Notes: generated from the letters alone by a model not told the origin. Positions 25,227-39,800 are shown, counted from the stretch's first letter. The stretch is DNA of 64,000 nt from Magallana gigas (GCF_963853765.1 NC_088857.1:6386001-6450000), one strand, 5' to 3'. Translations and numbers: made by a program.

Positions 25227-27919
25227 TGAAGCTAACCTCAATGGTGCAATGATGCAATATTAAACTAGGTGGCCCTATCTGGATTCAATATTTAAAAACT
25301 TTTCATTTTATATTGTCTTCGAAAACAAGGATTTGCAGTAAATATATTGAGACCAATGAAATGAAGTATTTGATTATCATAGCTTTCTGCATAGAAGAAT
25401 CAGGCTGATTGTCTTGGCATATTTGGAGTAAAATTGAAAGATGTAATACAGTGTCACATGTCAACGGTTTAACATTACGTGTATCAGTTGTTAGTCGGAG
25501 AGGAATGTTCTGTCGTTACGGGCTTCATTGTTGTTGGTTTTTTTATAGTCTTGTATATAATTTAGAGAATTAGATTATATAAAGTTGTATACACAGTGAC
25601 AAAATTATGTTTGGATCAGTTGTTATTTTTAGATCTGACCTTAGCAGAGTCCTTTTTCGATGGACCATGGCATTCTCTCCCCAGCGGTCGTGCTTCGCAA
25701 ACTTCGCTTCGTGCAAGCAAAGCTTGTGTAGCACGACCTCTGGTGAGAGAATGGGACCATAGAACTACATATAGTTAACCACATTTTACCTCCCTCCCCC
25801 CCCCCTACAAAAAAACCCACACAACCCGGAATTTTACAGCTGTAGCAGGAACTGGTCGGTCCTGCTATCAGATCAGTATTTTTTCTACATGGTTGGTTTG
25901 TATTGAAAGTGTTTTTCTGAAAACTTCGATGTAAATCAGCGAAAAAACTAATCTGTTTCAGAATTCGTTAGCCCACAGATTTGCCTTACCTTGATAAAAA
26001 CTTGTCAAAGATGACAGTTTGTTGGTTTCTTCGAGACATTGGTTACTTAAAGCGGAGAACAACAGAACCAATGGAGCAGCGTTCAACCTTGTCTCTCTGA
26101 TCTCCGAATTACGAATTCATACCGAAGGAATAAACTCATTTATATTTATTCTTTTCTGAATTCGTTTATCAGATATTCATACCTGCAACAGAATTAATTT
26201 AAAAAACTGTCCTCGAAGAAAAGGTTTTGACATTTTATTTTTACACACCGTGATAAGAAGATAATGCCAAAAAGAACAATTTTAAATTGCCAGAAAACAA
26301 TTCGTTCAATGCAATATAGTTTCGATCGATTCGACAATTGAATAAACAATTTCTCTCCATACCTTTCCAAAAAGAAAAAATTTAAGAAACGGAAAGAATA
26401 TACCAGTATAAAACCATATATATTTCTAAACACAAAAGACAAGACCTTTTTTAAAAAAGATATAGAGAAGCAGGCCCTTGTGAGACGCGCTGATATAGCA
26501 TTAAATTTTTGTCGAATTCCTAAAGTGTTGTTACTGATGTGTAAAAAACGATACAGGATATGGCTTGTCGACATCGTCAAAAGGAGATGTTAAAAGTGAA
26601 TCAAATAAAATCCAGACCCTAGCCATCAGGTGATTTCTTGCGACAGTAGGTACTGCAATCCATTCACTGAAGATTAATTATTTCAGGTTTTTAAAAAAAT
26701 GAATCATACTTGTTGAAGAATGTTAATGTCCAAACGATTGTTAAACGAGGGGTTGATTTATTGACACTGCGCCACAATCTGCCTGTAGAACAAGACCAGC
26801 GCGTGCGGTATGTGGACACTGATGGCTTCTGGTCAGGATGACGTCATCAGCTGCGGTATCAGAAACCACAGGGAGGTGTTTCAGCTCTTCATTTAGAGTT
26901 TTATGACTCTCTTGATGAACCTATTCTAATGTCCTAACCATCTGTCATTTGACGAGAAATATCATTTATTTATTTTTTTGAAATTACAAAGTACAATGGT
27001 ACAATGCATTTTACAGAATTTTATCAATAATTTATTTTTTTAAAGATGCACAAGAGACACCGAATTATAAGCGTATTTCATTTTATTTTCTAAAACTTAA
27101 ATCACATTAGTATTTTCTTAAACAAAAATTACCAGCTTTTTTACTCAATAAACAGGTCTAATAGTCTAGCATTACCAAAGCTTTAGCAAAGAGAAACCAA
27201 TTTCTTGCATTGATGGAAAAGAGAACGTTACGACAGGTTTTTTGAACGGATTATAATGATAAAGAAAAAAAAATTCAAATATTAAATTCACCATTTAACC
27301 AATTATAAGAGATTAAAAAAAAAACTTTAGATTTTTTTAAACTATTCTTTTTCCTATACAGTTTACATGACAATTCTAAAATAAAGAATAATTTCCAATT
27401 TATTTTAAAAATTAACAAAATATTTTAAATAGTTGTGTAAAAGTGCAGACAGTTTTTAAACAGTAACTGTCTCCCTGAACATAAAGGTACATGACAGGTA
27501 GCGAGAAAGTCTCCCACCAAGGCATTCCACGATCCGTCACGCATGAGCGACTATCGGTGTCATACAGGGCTCATTTGTTTTCTTACCCCTAGGTCACATC
27601 GTGCGTAACATCAGCTTTAGTCTTGGATCTTCATCGGACGAGGGAAGACTGTTGGAGCCGCAGACCTTGTTCAGTGTTCATGATAAAGCCTGAACAATGT
27701 AAAGGTTCAAACAGAGTGTTAGAACCATCCGTCAAGTTGGGACTGTGTTGATTTTGGAGACAATAACACGCGTACATGAAGCGACGGCTTGCTTAGAAAT
27801 ACATGGATCAGTGATTTGCTATTAACGTAAACAAATATTTATTATATCAAGCAGGATTTGTAATTAGTGCCCACTTTATGAGGAACCGTGCTAAAGGAGT
27901 CAAATAATTTGGTGAAACT

Positions 27920-30900
27920 ATGAACAGTCAGCGTTATGTTGCCTGTGTCTTGAACATCTTAATTCTCTTTGAATGTGCAGAATGTTGGTTTGGAAAGAAG
28001 CCTGCCAATAAGAAATGTTTGTTCGAACCATGCAAAGACTATTGCCGGAACGGAGGAACGTGTACCCAGGACGATTCAACGTGTAGTCCCCTCAAATGTG
28101 ACTGTCCGCCGGGGTTCACTGGAAGACGATGTGAGGAGACACTAGGAGAAACCACGGTGTCCGTGACTGCCCAGTCCTCTAGGGATGGGTGTCCACTGAG
28201 ACCGCTGGAGGATCGCCTGTGTTACCCATTCCCTTGTATACGCGGACACTGCAACAGCACGGGCGGACGACGGAGATGTGTCTGTGATAAAAACTGGACG
28301 GGGGACAGGTGCTCCCTGCTGGACTGTTCCTCCTGTGGAACAGGTGTGTCCTGTCAGCAGACATCTTGTGGCGAGATAACGTGTGATACCCCGAGTACAA
28401 CAAGGGAGGAAACGGTACAAACTACGAGTCCTCCGGATGGAATGGTCCTACGGCCGCTGATAGAACGACTGTGTGCGCCGACGTTTGAATGTATTCACGG
28501 AGTATGCAAAAACAGCGGGATCAGCTGTGACTGTGACGATGGATACACCGGGTTATTCTGTTCCGAAAGGCTGGCCACCACGACACAAACAACAGAAGAA
28601 GAAAAAGATGAAAAAGACATGAGAGATGTGTGTTCCGTAGATTACTCGCTCCGACCGCTCTCTGAGAGACAGTGCCAGGGCTCCCTCACGTGTAAGTACG
28701 GGGTCTGTGTGGAAGAAGCCGGGGAGTCACCGGCACGTGTGAGATACTCCTGTGGTTGTGACCAGCGGGCTAGTGGTCAGCAGTGCGAACACCGGTGTTG
28801 CCGTGACTGTGGAGAGCACGGGGAGTGTGTTCTCAGTAACGGACAGGAGCTCTGTAGCTGTCAGTACGGATTCGTGGGCAAAATCTGCAACGAAACGATA
28901 CTGGAGAGTAAGTTGTTTCCTACGTTGCTATATACAAGTTTTAAATGCATATATAGCTCGATTGTAAATGTTCAGGTATTTCGAACACCCCTATCTATAC
29001 ACGTGTGTTTGATCTTTAGGTGACGTGGAGGAGCAGGTGTCCGGGGGCTCCAGTAATTGGTACGCCTGGATGTTGGGGGTGTGCGCTCTGATTCTGGTCG
29101 TCCTGTTGGTGACCGTGGTCATCATTCCTTATCTATTGTGGCGCAGAGGATTCATTCTTATAATGAAAATTGTTCATTATCTCCAACCCACGGAGGACAA
29201 CGGTAAGACTTTCATATAAATGCATATTGCCATTGCCCCCTTTTGTATGTGCCCTGTCTCTTTCTGTCTGTCTTTCACTCTTTCTGTCTCTGTTTCTTTC
29301 TGTCTTTCAGTCTCTTTCTCTTTCTTTCTGTTTCTGTCTTTTGTCTGTCTCTGTCGGGGGGGGGGGGGGGGGGGGGGGGTTCCAAAATTACAATAACTTA
29401 AACATATATGTATTCATTAAGTTATGCTGGCTGTTGCAAAAGTCTTGCATTCTCGAGCTCTCTGAATGGTTAGATTTTTTTATTTTCACTTTATTTGAGA
29501 TTTATGTGTACATATGCAGGGGACCAATTCCAACTCTCTTAGTGGGTGACCGTTAGTATCGTGTTTTGCCTATGATTCTTTATAGTGTATACCACTAACA
29601 CACTATGGAAGTAAACCGGTTATTAAACAACAATAAATGCCGAATCTACACACAATATTCTGTACCTTAATCTGGTAATGTGTTTGTCCCGTGTCACTCT
29701 GTCACTTTATTTTCATGAACACTTTTATTTCTTGGCGAGTTGTGGTTTATCGTAAAGCACACTGTAGAATAAATGTTGATTGTTTTTACGTCGTAATTGC
29801 TATTCAGATATTTAATTACGCTTACATTTCTTTACGACCGCAGCTTCGTTTTTATGCAGCTTAAGGCTTGAAGTTTGAGATAAGATTTTTTAACTAAATA
29901 ATTAATTAAGGCAGTAAATGTACATACATGTGTAATTTTAAAATTTATTGTTCATGTACTTTTTTTAAAATGCAAACAAACTGGGACACTGAAAGTTTGG
30001 ATACTTACTATGTATTTTGCATCGTTTTTGATATATATTAATAATTTTTGAAAAAGTCTTTAAAACTTCAAACATGACACAATAAATTAACTACGGTGTA
30101 TTTCCTCATAATCACTCTAACTCAGAAATCTAGGAGCATAACTGTTCGGTTAACCAACTACATGCAAAAATAGAAGAGACAAGCAACTTTAAAGAATAAA
30201 AATCATAATGGATGGCTACAAGCGAACAAGACCGAATTTTTGGCTTGGTTATGTAAAACATTAAGAGAGGAACTTTGACAAATATGGCGCCGTTCTAACT
30301 GATGTGTTAAATCGCACCACGAGGTGCATGGAAACAGCAGAAACTAACGGAGTTCTAGCGTGACCTTCATCCGTCACTCTGGTTTAGTTGTCACGTGATT
30401 AAAGATTTCCCTCGGGATCAGGAGAGCTAGGGATCCATCAAGTGTTACACAGGAAGGGGTTTCTGAAATAAAATATGGACTTGTTTGATAATTAAAAATA
30501 AAAATATCCCATTGATATTTGTTTCCGAACAGAAACTTTTCTTTAAAAGAGAATTTCAAGGTAACTGGCGAAGAAAAGGGTTTTCTATCTTAAAATGTAT
30601 GAAATAAAATTGAGCAGGTGATCAAGTTACAACCAACTACAATAACAAATTTTACTGAAATGCTCGCAGTGCCAGTAATATTTAACAGAATACAATGCAC
30701 TGTGCAATAGTACTCCTGGTTGTTTATGGAAAGCTTTACAAGTGTATCTTTTAGCGGACCATCTGTGTCAGATCGCTGATAATAGCATTTATCAAATTAA
30801 AACAGGACAACTATAAATTATCGTATGTTGTCCTATAATATAAAGAAAAACATTGTGTGTTTGAATGACAGGCGATCTGAATAAATCTGCAATGCTAAAG

Positions 30901-32666
30901 ATCTCAATGAGAACAATCAGGGATGACCTTCAGCCGCCCGTAATTTGGACCAGTCAGACTGCAGGACTGATTCTCTTGTTTATCGAAAACCACTTTATTT
31001 TATTTTTTTCTTTTCCTTTTTAAAATAAATAAATAGAATAGAAACATCAAGATTTTGATCCGTAAAGAACAATGAAATAACCAACATTAATGGATTCTTT
31101 AATGGATGCATGTCTCAATTCCCTGAAACAACGTTCTTTTACCCACAAAATCTAATCTATGCAACATTATGTACCTTTTATTGTATTCTGCTTGCAATTT
31201 TTGATTTATTCTACATGAATAATGTTGCAAGTTAGGACATAATCTAGACAATTTTAAGTATTGTAAAAGTTACGAATGGACTAGTATTGCAGTGCTTGCT
31301 CACAATTCTGCAATGTAGAATTAATTGCATTTTTAAAGAATGAAAACTTTTGAATTGTTGTGCAACTTAGTCACTGCTGACATCAAATATATACAGAGTA
31401 TAAACATCTAACTTCGCATTGACCTGTATTACACGGGGCTATCCAATCTGTATGAGAAAGGAACTTGTCAAAATAATGAAACAGATAAAGCTGTACTTAC
31501 ACATGCAAGTCTCAAACTTAAATCTTTGTGCTTTACATTTTTATGACGGTCACAAAAAATTGGAATTGGAAAATTTTAAACTTATTATGTGTACTTAAAT
31601 TCTGTCAATTTTTAATTTATTTATCGATATATAAATAAAGTACAGATTCGATCGTTCCCGTCAACTCTCCATTGTGTCTCTATAGTGAACTTTTAATACA
31701 ATAAAAATTGCAGGCTGGTTAAGATAAAGGTTGTTGCATGAAGGGTTTTTGCGCGATTTGAATTGTACATATGTATAATAATATAATATTGTTTAACTAT
31801 ACATGCATCGATCTTACTTTTGTAGATGAGACTATGTATGACGCCCTGATAGCGTACAGTGCTGAATCAGACAGGGACGCCACGGTGGCCACAGACGTCA
31901 TATATCCATATCTACGTCATCAGTGTGGGTTCAAAGTCAAGTTCCGGGGAAACCAAAAAGGTAACTTTTCATGTCTTATCCTGTTTCTACTTTGTAATAA
32001 ACGCTATTATATGGGTTATTTAAAGAATGCATGTCTCAATTCCCCTTAACAACGCTCTTATATTAATTTAACCAGATAAAATTCAAAATCAAACATTTCA
32101 ATAGTTTTGATTTTATCTCTTTTCAAGCTATTTTAACCAAAGCACGTCGTCTTTTTCTGTTTTTAGCATCTGAGGACGACAATGGTGCTATCCAAAAATG
32201 TCATAGACTTGTTTTATTGGTTTCTAGTGATTTCATTTACCGGGAATGGCCATTGCTTTCTAGTGAAATATCCGAGGAAAGCTTTGATAGAATGAGAAAG
32301 CGAATTGTTCCAATATTTTTGGGGGAAGCTAGTAAACTTTGTTACTCCGCAGATAAACGTTTTCAAGATCTTGTTTCAAAAAGCGTGTTTATCACGTGGT
32401 CAGATCTAGAAAAGGACAAAACGAAGAACTTGACCCGAGTGAAATATTCACTGCCGAAGAAGACAAGATTCCCAAAGGAAACAGCAGACAAGGAACCGGA
32501 TCGGAAGGAAAATCCTGACGATTCAGGATTACAGAAAGATCCTGAAAACGGAACAATTCATAGCAATGGCGGGAACCATTTGCTCTGGAAGGACAAAATT
32601 GACTTCCTGCAATCTGTAGATTTCAACCATAACCCTTATAACATGCCATATTTCAAAGGGAACTAG
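27920..32666 (+). CDS. Type I membrane receptor: signal peptide, five EGF-like modules, TM helix, TIR domain (about 601 aa)
   Basis: Exons 27920-28907, 29020-29202, 31826-31960, 32167-32666 (all phase-1 GT-AG). Hydrophobic N-terminus; EGF Cys patterns (C.CPPGFTGRRC, C.CDKNWTGDRC, C.CDDGYTGLFC, C.CDQRASGQQC, C.CQYGFVGKIC); TM WMLGVCALILVVLLVTVVIIPYLLW. TIR box1-like YDALIAYS, then AIQKCHRLVLLVSSDF and IVPIFL. Confidence 0.85.
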
Positions 32667-33569
32667 CCCATCACGGAGATACATTTTTAAAATGTTATTA
32701 TAACATTTGATTAAATTCGATGCATTGACTGATTTGGTGCCAATAAAAATTTAATACATGTACACTGTATTCATTTTGATAAATGACGCCATGTTTTGTA
32801 CGTGTATCACCTCTTATTTAACGTTATTCTTTAAAATTTTTGCTTTTATATTTTAAAGTTTTGGTTTTGTTTTATATATCACTATTTTATGTATAAATTG
32901 CTCTATATCATTTACACCTGTTGCATGTATTTTACTTGGTTTTTTGTTATATGTCACCACGATTGACAAACCACACTTCAGTGTCGATGTTGAGCATGGC
33001 GGGGTCTCTGTGTGGATTGACCTTAAGGATGTCAAAGTAGAAGGGTGATCGAATTAATCAGTCGGTAATTACTTTTAAACATTAGCTCAACTTTTCTGAC
33101 AATGAGATAATCTGCATATGAAGTATCTGCTCTTCAAATAACGCAGAGGTAACCGTATGCATTGTATCTTATGAAGACAAAAGTGACAGCCATTGCTTGA
33201 GTTTGCAGATTTGTTTCAAAATTTTTATCAGTAGACCAGTCAACGTTTTCAAAAACCCGGACCTGTATAATGTATAAATCATTTCAAGAAAACAATTTTT
33301 GCTGTGAATAAAATCTGTGTACATTAGGTTTTGGACCCTGCTGATTGTTAAGGGCACCGACCCGCCAGCTTTTTGGCAGCTTCTAAAGTGTTGTTGCGAA
33401 ATTGTTCATATTTTGCATTTAAATTTGATAATGTTAAAAGTGAATCACTCTGTACCAGAGGTTTTCAAACAAATTAAGCGTCGTTAAACGAGGCTTAATT
33501 ATGAAATTAATTAAGGTTTTTATGTACCTTGTAACTTTGATCCATCTGATAAGTGTTTTGTTATTTACG

Positions 33570-33571
<2 letters not shown>

Positions 33572-33612
<41 letters not shown>
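33572..33612. repeat. (TC)n microsatellite
   Basis: Direct observation. Confidence 0.95.
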
Positions 33613-33614
<2 letters not shown>

Positions 33615-36600
33615 ACAAATCCAAATCGTGGAGGCATCTATCATTACCTAGATTTTGAATTGAAGACGATTGTTGATTAAGTTACAGAAGCGCGCATGTA
33701 TATCTTTATAGTAAATTTATATAATGTTACATGATGATTAATAAAAGGACTCTTTCTCTGAAAAGGTCCCAATGCTCTCAAATAATGGATTGAAAATGTT
33801 ATCATGTTAGAAGTGAAAGGTTGTTCTGTAGAACATAAACTAATGCAAAACCATTCCTCCCTAGAAAAATCACCCAAACAAAAACAAACCCAAAAGACAA
33901 ACGAAAAAGCAAACAAAAAAACAAAAAACAGAAAAATAACAAACAAAAACAGAAAAAAAACAAAAATACAAGCAAGAAAAAAAAATATAATATTTAAAAA
34001 TAAATAAGATAAAAATCAGTGTTAACACGTGCATACATATTAGATGGTTCTGAACATGTTGAAAATCTGATAAAGATCACTCTGTGTCGACAAATTGACA
34101 TTTGCCCGTCTGTTTTGTTTCTTATTCCAGGTGTCACTCGCTGAATAACAAACTAACGTTCTCTTTGAAGTGTGGAAAGAACTTCTGATCTTGATGAATC
34201 GCTGGAAAACCAAGCCAAAGCAGATTATAGTTTTTTGTATAATCAGTCATTGTTTATAAAACAAAAAGACGGAACATTATTATTTGATTTATTTGTATTT
34301 TATGCACACTGTGTTTACACAGAACTGTTCTTATAAATCAAAAGATAAAACATAAAAAAATTAAATGAAAATCGATCTCCAATAGATATAACCAGAGACA
34401 TAAATAGCATGTTATTTATGTGTCTCTGATATAACACACTGCTGAAGACCACATTAATGAATGGTCAAGAATTGCTGAAGAAACCGTAAAAGGCACAGTT
34501 CTCAAACATCTGTAGAGGATTGAGTTTCATTTCCTATTTCACTCCTATAAATTATTATTATCTTTTAAGATCCATTTAAAACTTAGAATATGATAAACAC
34601 AACACATATGATAATGTAAAAATATAGTAATTACATCAGCATGCACTAGACATTGTTCTCCACATCTATTTGGTCGTAAAACATACATATGTACATCAGG
34701 TAAAGGAGACGATCCTTGGTTCGCTGTTGAATGGATTTGTTTTGTACTGTTATGTAGAATTAATGAGATTACAGATTGATATTAAACATAAGGTTTTGTT
34801 CAGAGAGATTGAAGTCAGCAAAATATTATTCGTCTAGATATTCCGCTTTAGAATATCGTTCCTGTCAATTTTTGATGATTTTAACCAAAATACAAAAACC
34901 TGTCAAAAAAGTACAGTGTAAAAAGGTTTGTAAAGAAAAAAACTCAAAGATTTCTTCCATTCACATACCATCTTCTATACCTAAAGAAATTAACACAAAC
35001 GAAAACGGTCTTTTACGGAGATTGAAAAATCTTACATTTTGCTTTTACATTCGAAAATAAGGACTCCTCGCGCAATTTCTAAACATTATCAGCTGGATAC
35101 TTTCTTGCGTTCGTTAATGCAAACTTCCTACACAATTTGTTTTTAGCTACACTCTTCAACCTGACAAGTTGAAAGGTGCGATTTGAATGACATTGTCTTA
35201 ACCATGCGGTATCAATAAATCAGAAAAGTAAGCAAAATGTGATACGAGAGAGAAATTCTTGGAACAGAACGTTGTTGTGCTTGTTTCGACAATTGACAAA
35301 ATATGTTGCCGAAGGTGACCAAAATTAATATAGGAAATTACAGAAAAAAATAAATATAAAGTTTATAGTATAGCATGTTTTGACTGTAATTCAAACCTGT
35401 TTTCACAACAAATGATCACTGTATATTTGCTGAAATATGGAGTTGAGCACCAAAAAAAATCCCGTAACTTTGTTCGTGTTTTAGAAATTGTTCTGGTCAA
35501 TGTTTTCTTAGCACTTTCTTCCTCTGTCGATTCATCAGAGATTTGATTTCAGTTGCTATTACACGTCACAACAAACATGACATGAGTCATCACCCCGTAA
35601 TTTTTTTTTATTACTGCTGAAAGTTTTGATTTTCATGGCATAGTAAGCTCATAAAAGGTATCATTGGCAACATTTACTGATATGATTTTTGATATATACT
35701 AGTATCTCATCAGTTTTCGATACAGGTGTGTAGAAATACACTTTTTATAACAGCCCTAGCATCAATCACCGTATTAGTTTTTTTTTTTTAAATTAAATTC
35801 TTATGACATGTACATTTTTGCCATGAATTTCTGAAGGTAAGGTAATCAGTCATATTTCTACATGCAAGTCTAACATGGAATTTTCTTTATTACAAAATAA
35901 AGTACGCACCCAGTCACATTATTAAATACAAATACAATTAGTGTCAATAGAGACACGGTACATCTAAGCTCACCTGAATATGCACGTTTTTTGTATCAGG
36001 TGTCCACAGAGTTGGCTTATAGGCCTCTTGTTTATCTTTAACACTTCTCTCAGGACTCAGATAATAAACTTGGTCATCATGTTTTATTACTACTTGATAT
36101 GGTTTATATCAAGCCCCGATTATCCTGGCCATATTCTTGTTCTTGAACAATAAAGATTTAATATACACAATATCATATCTTTATTCAAAGAGAGTTAATA
36201 CTTATAAATGTAAATGATAACAACAGACTTCACATGATGACAAGGTCTCAACAAAAAATCCCTGTACAACTTAAACAATCAAGAATAAACAACCTTATAC
36301 TTGAGTTTACATCTTTTCTGTGAGGAGCATTATATACATATATATCCCCATATAATATAATCAATGCCTGGCACACAACACTTGATCATCTCATGATGTA
36401 ACCAAATCTATACATTACACAATGCAAATGAACAGTACAGAATATTAAAACAGAGTCTAAAAAGAGATTCATTAATTCTCATTATTCATTTTTTATATTT
36501 AATAATACAAATGTACATGTATAGTATCATACATTTTTACGCAAGATTTTGTTATTTCTATATAACTAGCAACAGTGAATTCAGCACTGCATAATGATAT

Positions 36601-36817
36601 CTTAATTAATCAGATTCTGCTTTTGTAACATTAAAAGTTAAAAAAAAGTGTATATTTTTTTAAAACCGGAAAAGCTGAATAAACAGCACTGATAAAAAAA
36701 GAACCAGCAAGTTATGAAATTTGTGAGATGGTAAAATATAAATACATTGCATCATTTCTCTTTATACCACAGAAATTAAAATAATCAGGATAATTGAGTC
36801 TATTTTTAGACATGATG

Positions 36818-39800
36818 TCAGTCCCAATAGAGTTTAAGGTAGGCAAGTTTCCGATGAAATTTCCTCTCTTCTTTTGTACTGTATAACTGCAATGGAAACC
36901 AGATGATTAATAACAGGTTTACTGTCAAAACTGATTTTCTTTCAATAAATATGACAAATGAATAATAAAAAAGTTCTAGACTCAACATATTTTTATCAAC
37001 GTTCTGAGCATAATTTTTTTTTGAAATCCAGTTTCTTGCAGACAAGTCATTAATTTAATTATTGTGCAACTTGAATAAAAATGATTTTTCCTAGCTACCT
37101 ATTGACCCAAAGTTTACACATGCACTGATTCTCAAAAGGGCAGACAAAAAGTTTAGAACCGTTTTAACAAGACCTTGAACTTTTGGTAGGACGTTACTAT
37201 CTATTTCTTTCATCAAAACAAGTTGAAAAATGACGCTGATCGATGCACTGATTGCATAGTCTTAGCTCAAAAGCCAGACCAATTTTGTTGATTTCAAAGA
37301 GTTATCGCTGAGTGGCTAGCAATGAAATAGACAGGCTTACATCACAGCGCTCTTTGACACAACTTCCCAAAGTCCAAGCTCTTGCTAAAATGGTTCTATT
37401 AAAGGTGACCTAGCTAATAATGACATATTCTTTTGAACTGGAGAATATTATAACAATCTGGACTTGTTTGGTGGAATATTGTGTGAAAACTCATCTATTT
37501 ACCTTTTCTGTGTTTTGGCCTATTGTGCTCTGTACTGTGATTTCAGGCAGAAAAACGGGGGTACCACCAAATGACTGATGCCACTGCACCTTACGGTTTT
37601 TGGGAATTTCGTGTTCATATGTCCCTGGTCTTTAACAAAATTAAAAAAAAATGACAGAATAGTTTATGTAATAATTATAAAGCAGAAAACAAGTAATTTA
37701 CAACTACACCATGTATCTTTCATATTGAGTAAAACACAGTTCAGATAATTTTTTAAGTCCTAGAAGGAATTCATATCATTTTGAGAAATCATTGATATTG
37801 ATATACAGCTAAATAATTACCCAGGTAGCACATCCACAATGTCCCGCTTGTAGATGGGGAATCTGTCAGCTCCCACCAGGAAAGGTTTCTTATCTGTGTC
37901 AAAGTCCATGAGCTTTGAGTTTTCCTGTTGATATTCTGTTGGGCATGGTGTCTCAAACTAAAAGTTCAAACCATTGATATACAATAATTGAGACCAGTTA
38001 CTAGCTATATATAACATACTTATGGATTCATGAATAAGGTATGAAAAAATATAACAAACTAATATTTTGAGTGATATTACTGGAAATGTGCAATTAATCA
38101 ACCATAGTCAGTAACAATTGTTTCCGCCAATAACAATGTAATCTTAGGCTGGCTCTTTTTAGAAATAGAGTTTTTAACAAAAAACAAAAAATTCTCAAGG
38201 AAGCATACTAAGTGTTTAGCTTTTTAATCAACATATCACTTAATAGATGTAGATGCAGATTATTAGACATAAAAAGAGCGAAAGCATCACAGAAACGTTC
38301 CACCTACCACCACAGTTTTGGGGAGCCTCCTGGACGTCCTTGCTCCTAGAGTGTATCCTTTGACACTGTTTAGGTTGTGTTCTACCTGGTACATAAAATT
38401 TGTTTTCTACAAAAGAAAAAAAAAATTCTTCACTACTATTCTAGAAGAATTTGACCATATTCATATATTATCGATTTAAAAAAGTGAGATGAGGGAAAAA
38501 ATTGAACAGTACTGTGTTTACTGATTTGTTTTTGTATGAATATTTATATGCATGTAAAATGTATTCAATGATCTGAAAATAAAATCTTCTCATGGTCTTC
38601 TGAAAAATGCATGTTTTTTTTCTTCTAATTTTGGTGATATTAAATACATGTAATATATCAAGTCAGATTTCACTTAAGATTAAGCGTAGAGTTCAAGTGT
38701 CCTTTTATTTGTAATATGTCAAAAGCTGGTCTCTCTTTATAAAAAATAGATGCGCTTTGTTTCTTACATCTTCATTTTCGTAGCAGCCAGGCCCTCTGTG
38801 TGGAGCTCCTCTAAGAGGCACAATCTCATTCCCAAATCTGTTTGGAGGCATCTTCACAGGGAAGAGCTCCCTGTCCATAGTGGTCATAAAAGAAACCTTC
38901 TGTTTCTTTTCCACTGTACCAAACAATCAGAAAAACATATGCTTATTCACATTTTAAGTACATTTGTCCATAAACTATATTACAAACTCAAGTACATATT
39001 TTCATATATAACATGAATAATTTTTGGCAATCTTTGGATACCAGAATGGCCAATTCTTATAGATTTGCCAATAATATACACATTAAATCAGATTCAGTAC
39101 AACTGGTTTTTTTCTATGGGTGCAAAGGATCCAGCATTCTTTTTTTTCAAGGGATGGGGTGGAGGGTGTGCAAAGAAAATAATTTTCTTCATAAGGGGTG
39201 GGCTGACAACGCCTATTTTCTGTAAATTAACTAATGAATTAAGTTTACTTAAGTTTGATTTCCAACTCAGGTTACCCACATCTAGCAGGACTAGTAAAAT
39301 CACTAGATTAGCTGTTACATAATTGAATTACATTCAAGCTTTATTTATCTACCTGAAATATGTTTATTTAGCTACTATTACGCAAATTTGATTTTTATGT
39401 AAAAATTAAAAACTGACAAAAAGTTGCAAGAAATTAATTGACAACCTATATTTGTACTTACAATCATAGTTTTGAAAAGCAGCCCAGAGCAGAAAGTTTA
39501 TAAACATGCTGCTTTTGAGCAGTTCTAATGCATTTTCATTGTTTGAGTAACTATATCTGTCCATCTTGTGTGCAATAAGGAATGGTTAAGTGTCAGTACT
39601 TCACATTGTGCTGAATTATTATCAATCAATTATCATGTTAACTATATTTGTAGAACTGTTTTTCATAGTGATTTGATTGAAGAAGCTGTTTGGTCACACA
39701 TAAGCAGTTTTTCACATCCTCCAAACTTTCAGAACTTTGATTGCTATTATGCTGAAGGTGCAATATTTTTTCATAAACTGTATTCAGGTTAGTTCAAAGT

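Noticed and set aside
32953-33048. Coding-looking 31-codon stretch VTTIDKPHFSVDVEHGGVSVWIDLKDVKVEG*
   Set aside because: No upstream acceptor or start in frame and no recognised homology. It may be a pseudogene fragment but is unsupported.
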